Source of the DNA: an uncultured Clostridia bacterium
GTDB taxonomy: Bacteria; Bacillota; Clostridia; Oscillospirales; CAG-272
DNA: 59,218 nucleotides
Direction of reading: 5' to 3'
NCBI GenBank assembly: GCA_946410595.1
Contig: CAMKAU010000004.1
Location: forward strand, 1 to 59,218
The position numbers and the translations under genes are program-made. Each line of letters opens with the position of its first letter. Position 1 is the first letter of the stretch. The notes below the pieces were generated by a model. That model searched no databases and had not been told where the DNA came from. It saw nothing but the letters and a program-made list of their open reading frames with translations. Below are positions 54,460-59,218 of the stretch, in pieces.

Positions 54460-55923
54460 TCAGCTTTCATATTCCGGATCCTTCGCTTTGCTTTCGCCTT
54501 GTTTTGTCCGGCGCGGGAGCCGTGCGTGCCCCGCGAAGATACAAAGGAACGGGATCAGGATCTGCGCGTAGCGTATCTGGACCTCGATGATCAGAAATGC
54601 CAGGAGAAACCCGAGCAGGATCACGGCAAAGAGAAGAAGGGGGCCTTTCCCGCCGCGCCGGAGAACGGTAAAGAGTCCCACGCACGCCAGCGCCTGGATC
54701 CCCAGCATGGCGCCGCGGGTCAGCAGCGGAAGGACCTGCCCGCTGAAACGCCCGTACGCCTCTCCCCTGTCGTAGATCATCTGCCAAGTGTCCGTGTAAT
54801 CGCCGATCAGCTCTTGCGTTTTATAGGAAAAAAGCTCCGGCCAGTTTTCGGTCGCCCACAGACGCGAAGCGGCGACGGATCGGTTGAGCTGCTCGCGTTC
54901 GTCCGCGTCCGCTGCCGACTCAAGCAGATACACGGCGTCCTCCCGGCTCCAGGCGCCCTTGGTTTCGGCGTTCATTCCGATCGCGATCTTATAGGAAAGC
55001 GTCCCGGAGCTGATAGACCGCTTCACCAGTCCTTTGCCGAGCAGGACGGAGTCCGCCGACCGGATCACGCCGAAGTACCCGGCAAAAAAGAGCAGGCCGC
55101 AAAGAAGGATCGTCCCCGCGCGGCGGAGCGCCCCCTTCCCTTCTCCGAGGAGCAGAACGAGCCGATACGCCCCGTAGCAGAGCGCGGCGATCAGCACGAC
55201 CGCCATCTCCGTACGGAAGAGCTGCGAGAGCGCGATCACCGTTCCGCCGAGCAGCCACCGCAGCCACGCGCGGCGGATCCGGGGACAGAGAAGGAGATAC
55301 AGGCCCGCCGTTGTCAGGAAGGTCGCGATATGCTGGCAGCTTTGGACCGAAACGAAGAAGAAACTGAAGGGGTTGAGCGCGAGCAAGGTCGAAGCCGCCA
55401 GAGCGCAGCGCCGATCCCGGGTCAGAGAGAGCGCGATCCCGTAGAGAAAGGCGCAGGTCCCCGCGGAGGCGCACGCGTTGACGATCTGAAGCGCGAACGC
55501 GGATCCGCCGAACAGCCGCAAGGCAAGCGCCTCGTAGACGACCCACGGCATCAGGTTGGGAAAAACCGCGGTATAATACGAAGGGATCTTTGCGGGATCC
55601 AGAACGCCCTGCGCCAGCTCCAGGGTTTCCGCAAAATCGGAGATCGGCGTAACGGGCCAGACGTACAGCATAAGAAGCCGCACCGAAAAGGCAAGCAAAA
55701 GCGGCACGAGCCATCCGAAGCGCCACCGCCCCGCGATCCGCGCAACGGCATAGGCGAGCGCCGGCAAAAAAACGGCGACGAGCAGCGCCCGAACGTCCCA
55801 GCGGGCGTTCGAGGCGACGCAGAAGCACCCGTAAAGCAAAAAATAGATGATCAGTCCGTAAACGCAAAAGCGGACGAACCGGTCCGCAAAGGCGGCTGTC
55901 CGTTTTCCGAGCGGTTGTCTCAT
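54460..55923 (-). CDS. Polytopic membrane protein, GT-C (GT39/PMT-like) glycosyltransferase
   Basis: PISDF acidic loop after the N-terminal TMs, many TMs, IEVQIRY near the C-terminus. Confidence 0.7.
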   Translation of the reverse strand: MRQPLGKRTAAFADRFVRFCVYGLIIYFLLYGCFCVASNARWDVRALLVAVFLPALAYAVARIAGRWRFGWLVPLLLAFSVRLLMLYVWPVTPISDFAETLELAQGVLDPAKIPSYYTAVFPNLMPWVVYEALALRLFGGSAFALQIVNACASAGTCAFLYGIALSLTRDRRCALAASTLLALNPFSFFFVSVQSCQHIATFLTTAGLYLLLCPRIRRAWLRWLLGGTVIALSQLFRTEMAVVLIAALCYGAYRLVLLLGEGKGALRRAGTILLCGLLFFAGYFGVIRSADSVLLGKGLVKRSISSGTLSYKIAIGMNAETKGAWSREDAVYLLESAADADEREQLNRSVAASRLWATENWPELFSYKTQELIGDYTDTWQMIYDRGEAYGRFSGQVLPLLTRGAMLGIQALACVGLFTVLRRGGKGPLLLFAVILLGFLLAFLIIEVQIRYAQILIPFLCIFAGHARLPRRTKQGESKAKDPEYES

Positions 55924-55966
55924 CTGAGTTTTCCTTTCATTTCCGGCCGCGGACTCTGCCGGGCCG

Positions 55967-57067
55967 TCAGGCGGCGGGGACCACGTCGATCACGACGAAC
56001 TCCGAGCGGGTCCCGGTCTTGAAGGGGATCGCCCAGCCGGAGATGCCGGAGGTAACGATAAAGGTCGTTCCCTGCCGGTCCTCTCTGCCGTAGGTGAAGT
56101 CGTTGGCGCCGATCAGCTCCCCGATCCACCCGGCGGGGATGAGATGCCCGCCGTGCGTGTGGCCGGAGAGGACGAGATCGACCGCGCCCGCCTCGTTTTC
56201 GTAGTCGCTTGGCTGATGGTCGAGCAGGATGGAAAAGAGGCCGGGATCCAGCCCCGCCGTGAGCGTTTCCACGCTCGCCCGGTCCCGCGACGAGCGGTCC
56301 CGTCTGCCGATGAGAACGAAGCCGCCGTCAAGGAAAACAGCTTCGTCCTCCAGGATCCGGACGCCGTTTTCGGTCAGCGCGGCGCGCAGGTCGGCGGCGG
56401 AAAAATCGCGGGAGGAATAGTAGCCGTTATCGTGGTTGCCGTAAACGAAATACACGCCGCGGGAGGGATGAAGCCCGCCGAGCGCACGGCAGGCGGCGAG
56501 GAGATCTTCTTTTTTGCTCTCGTCGTCGACGAAATCCCCGACGAGAACGACGAGGTCCGGCTCCGTTTCCCCCACCCGCTCCATCTCCCGGGCAAAGGCG
56601 GCGCCGTCCAGCGTAATACCGAGGTGCGCGTCCGCGATCAGAACGACGCGCAGGCGCTCCCCCGCCTGCAGCTTGCCGTCGGCGACGGTATAGCCGGTCA
56701 CGGCGACGCGATGCGCCTGGATCCAGCCGACGCCGAGGTAGACCGCGCACAAAGCGACCGCGAGCAGGGAGCGAAGATCCCGGGAGAGCTCGCGCTTCGC
56801 CGTCCGGCGGACGAGCAGGGCGATCAGATCGAAAAGCGCGAAGAAAAGGGCGAGGTGGAGGAGTACGACGACGAACGCGGGCAGCCCGAGCAGCGCGAAC
56901 GCCGCGACCGGCAGCAGGCAGAGAGCCGCCGCGAGCCAGGGGAGCAGGCGGTTTTTTTCGCCGAGGCGGTCAAGAAAGGAAAGGCGGCGGAAGCGGGTAA
57001 GCAGGTAGAAAAGCGCCCCCGCCGTGAGGATCAAGGCAAGGATCAGCAAGGCGATCCAGAATCCCAT
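55967..57067 (-). CDS. Membrane-anchored metallophosphoesterase (YkuE-like)
   Basis: DAHLG, GDFVD, GNHD, LDHQP, GHTHGG; N-terminal TMs. Start at ATG 57067. Confidence 0.93.
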   Translation of the reverse strand: MGFWIALLILALILTAGALFYLLTRFRRLSFLDRLGEKNRLLPWLAAALCLLPVAAFALLGLPAFVVVLLHLALFFALFDLIALLVRRTAKRELSRDLRSLLAVALCAVYLGVGWIQAHRVAVTGYTVADGKLQAGERLRVVLIADAHLGITLDGAAFAREMERVGETEPDLVVLVGDFVDDESKKEDLLAACRALGGLHPSRGVYFVYGNHDNGYYSSRDFSAADLRAALTENGVRILEDEAVFLDGGFVLIGRRDRSSRDRASVETLTAGLDPGLFSILLDHQPSDYENEAGAVDLVLSGHTHGGHLIPAGWIGELIGANDFTYGREDRQGTTFIVTSGISGWAIPFKTGTRSEFVVIDVVPAA

Positions 57068-57100
57068 AAAGACCTCCAAAGGAGAAAGGATAGCGGCGGG

Positions 57101-57793
57101 TCAGTCGCCCGTCCAGGGGATCAGCAGTTCGGGTGGGAGTTTTGACGCGTCAAAGCGGTAGTGCGCGGCGACCGTGTCCCGGCCGAGGTAGTCCTCCTCG
57201 CGCCGCGGCTGCCCGCCGTTGTGCAGGATATACGTCCGTCCCGACGCGTTGCGGATATCGGAAACGACGGCGATATGCGTATTCTCCCCGAAGATCACGA
57301 TATCGCCCGGCTGCCACTCGGCGATCTCGTCGATATCGGTCGTCAGAGAAACGGCGTAGGTATCGAAGAAAACGCGCAGGGTCTTGACCCGCCGGAAGTC
57401 GATCCTGTCGTCCCGTTCGGCGATCAGCGGGTAGCGCTCGGGGTGGTCCGCGATATCCCGGTCGACCATCCAGCGCAGGGCGTACCCCGCCTGCCGGAAG
57501 GCGCGCCAGACCACGTCGGTACAAACGCCGACGTCCTCCGGCGGATAGCCGCTTTCCTGATACGCGCCGTCGTAACGTGGCGCGCGCTCCGCGTCGGCGC
57601 GGGCTCCGAGGAGAAAGTCGGTGTAATCGTCAACGCCGTTTCCGTTGAAATCAACGGGGCTGACGGCGCGCTCGATGCCGAAGTCCTCGCCCGTCCGCCG
57701 CGCGGCGCAGCCGCAAAGGAGCAGCAGAAACGCAAGGAAAAGAAAAAGCAGGCGGGACGGGGCGCTTTTTTCCGTATCTGCCGTTTTGTTCAT
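57101..57793 (-). CDS. DUF1287 family protein (probable lipoprotein)
   Basis: GVCTDVVWRA, IDFRRV, WQPGDIV, HIAVVSD, ILHN; lipobox-like LCGC. Start at ATG 57793. Confidence 0.88.
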   Translation of the reverse strand: MNKTADTEKSAPSRLLFLFLAFLLLLCGCAARRTGEDFGIERAVSPVDFNGNGVDDYTDFLLGARADAERAPRYDGAYQESGYPPEDVGVCTDVVWRAFRQAGYALRWMVDRDIADHPERYPLIAERDDRIDFRRVKTLRVFFDTYAVSLTTDIDEIAEWQPGDIVIFGENTHIAVVSDIRNASGRTYILHNGGQPRREEDYLGRDTVAAHYRFDASKLPPELLIPWTGD

Positions 57794-57839
57794 CGCTCTT
57801 CCCTTCCGCCGCCGGCCGCTAGCGCGGGGCTTTTTTGCT

Positions 57840-57868
57840 ATTATAACAAAAAGGAGCGGAAAACGCAA
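57840..57868 (-). promoter_or_regulatory. sigmaA promoter of the DUF1287 operon
   Basis: TTGCGT-N17-TATAAT with TG extension. Confidence 0.7.
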
Positions 57869-57941
57869 GCGTTTTCCCCTCCCGCGTCGAAAAACGGCGG
57901 ACGGTTCTTTTCCCGCGGCGGAAAAAATTTGCTCTTTTCCC

Positions 57942-57970
57942 TTGACAAGGCGAAAGCGGGGTGCTATAAT
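57942..57970 (+). promoter_or_regulatory. Consensus sigmaA promoter of the tRNA pair
   Basis: TTGACA-N17-TATAAT with TG extension. Confidence 0.9.
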
Positions 57971-58002
57971 ACAAAGGCGTGGATTTCCCGTCCCCTCCAT
58001 TA

Positions 58003-58091
58003 GCCGGAATGGCGAAACTGGCAGACGCCCGGGACTTAAAATCCCGTGAGAGTAACATCTCGTACCGGTTCGATCCCGGTTTCCGGCACCA
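58003..58091 (+). tRNA. tRNA-Leu(TAA)
   Basis: 89 nt, long variable arm, anticodon arm CGGGA-CTTAAAA-TCCCG, encoded CCA. Confidence 0.96.
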
Positions 58092-58096
58092 AATAT

Positions 58097-58173
<77 letters not shown>

Positions 58174-58176
58174 TTT

Positions 58177-58219
58177 AGAGAGTTCATAACGGATTTGAGT
58201 TATGGACTCTCTCTTTTTT
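58177..58219 (+). terminator. Terminator after the tRNA pair
   Basis: AGAGAGTTCATAAC-ggatttga-GTTATGGACTCTCT followed by CTTTTTT. Confidence 0.75.
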
Positions 58220-58283
58220 GTCTTCCTTCTTTATTTTTTCATAAATTCATGCTATACTGTTTTCAAAGATCGGAGGTGATACT

Positions 58284-59087
58284 GTGTTCGGTGCGATTTA
58301 CGGCGACGTGATCGGGTCGTATTATGAAGTCCATTGCACGAAAAACTATGATTTTCCGTTTGAGAACGACAGCACGTTTACCGACGACAGCGTTCTGATC
58401 GCCGCAGTATGCAAAACTATTCTGAACGATCCCTCCGAGATCGGGCGTTTCGGCGTTCGCTCGCGCGGAATGCAGTACGGAGCGCAGTACCGTCAGTTTT
58501 ACTCCTATTTCCCGCACGCCGGGTTCGGAAATATGTTTTCCGAATGGGCGCGTGATCCGTCCGCAAGACCTAACAAGAGTTTTGCAAACGGCGCCGCAAT
58601 GCGCGTTTTTCCTATCGCTTACGCATATAAGGATTTCGACCAAATGATGCTTCAGGTAAAAGCGAGTTGTTATCCGACTCACAATCACCGCGAGGCGATC
58701 ACAGGAGCGATGGCTGTCGCCGCCGCAGTCAGGATTGCTTTGGACGGCGGGTCAAAAGATGATATCAAAAAGTATATTGAAAAACGCTTTTATGACCTTT
58801 CATCGCCGCTTTCCACGCTCCATGAAACGCACGTTTTCGACAGCCGCGCGTCGTACAGCGTTCCGCCCGCGATCATCGCTTTTCTGGAATCACACGATTA
58901 CGAAAACGCCGTCAGAAACGCCGTTTCACTCGGAGGTGACGCTGACACGCAGGCGTGCATCGCGGGAGGCATTGCCGAAGCGTTTTATCACGAAATACCG
59001 GAGCATATAAAACAGTTCTGTGATCGCAGGATCGATATTACGATCAAAAATGCCGTTCGCGAGTTTGAAAACAAGTATTGCAAATAG
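58284..59087 (+). CDS. ADP-ribosylglycohydrolase family protein (DraG/ARH-like)
   Basis: GAIYGDVIGS.YE, FTDDS, SFANGAAMR, PTHNH, SLGGDADT.ACIAGGIAEA; GGAGGT RBS. Confidence 0.94.
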   Translation: MFGAIYGDVIGSYYEVHCTKNYDFPFENDSTFTDDSVLIAAVCKTILNDPSEIGRFGVRSRGMQYGAQYRQFYSYFPHAGFGNMFSEWARDPSARPNKSFANGAAMRVFPIAYAYKDFDQMMLQVKASCYPTHNHREAITGAMAVAAAVRIALDGGSKDDIKKYIEKRFYDLSSPLSTLHETHVFDSRASYSVPPAIIAFLESHDYENAVRNAVSLGGDADTQACIAGGIAEAFYHEIPEHIKQFCDRRIDITIKNAVREFENKYCK

Positions 59088-59098
59088 TTTTATGTATC

Positions 59099-59125
59099 GG
59101 AGCAGGCTCGCCTGCTCCTTTTTTT
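59099..59125 (+). terminator. Rho-independent terminator
   Basis: GGAGCAGGC-tc-GCCTGCTCC followed by TTTTTTT. Confidence 0.8.
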
Positions 59126-59165
59126 CGGGGTCCCCGGCAAGCCGATAGGCTTGTTGGGGTGATTT

Positions 59166-59218
59166 TTATCCTCCTTCCTCGGTTTCTTCTCCGTCGTCGC
59201 CGTAGTGTACCTTGATCG
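59166..59218 (-). CDS. Probable 3' end of a gene entering from the right edge
   Basis: Reads IKVHYGDDGEETEEGG-stop with host-like codons; too short to identify. Confidence 0.4.
   Translation of the reverse strand, partial: IKVHYGDDGEETEEGG

Overview
GC-rich chromosomal window of an anaerobic Firmicute (Clostridia-like, judged from sigmaA-type promoters, ireB/reoM, darA, an ECF S-component and many lipoproteins with T/E/A/P-rich linkers). It is mostly housekeeping and transport: a YtrA-type GntR-ABC operon, rsmA, PFOR, dac, ribF, azlCD, alaX, tex, thrH, a ROK kinase, a BMP nucleoside ABC system, a minimal SufBC-like pair, pepT, a GMP synthase lacking its glutaminase domain, and three tRNAs (Thr-CGT, Leu-TAA, fMet). 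I saw no CRISPR array, integrase, transposase or phage gene. The most unusual items are: (1) a MacB/LolD-type ABC ATPase fused to an N-terminal GAF domain resembling cyclic-nucleotide-binding GAFs; (2) two tandem lipoprotein serpins whose reactive-centre loops are equal-length variable segments between near-identical DNA flanks, followed by a lipoprotein that reuses the serpin leader; (3) an operon joining a Zn-ribbon ABC exporter, a DUF1854-like gene and the c-di-AMP receptor DarA; (4) a signal-peptide protein with DnaJ-like Cys repeats at the left edge, absent from the ORF track; (5) two GH43-like lipoproteins apparently lacking one catalytic Asp. All family calls come from motif recognition by eye, not from database searches.
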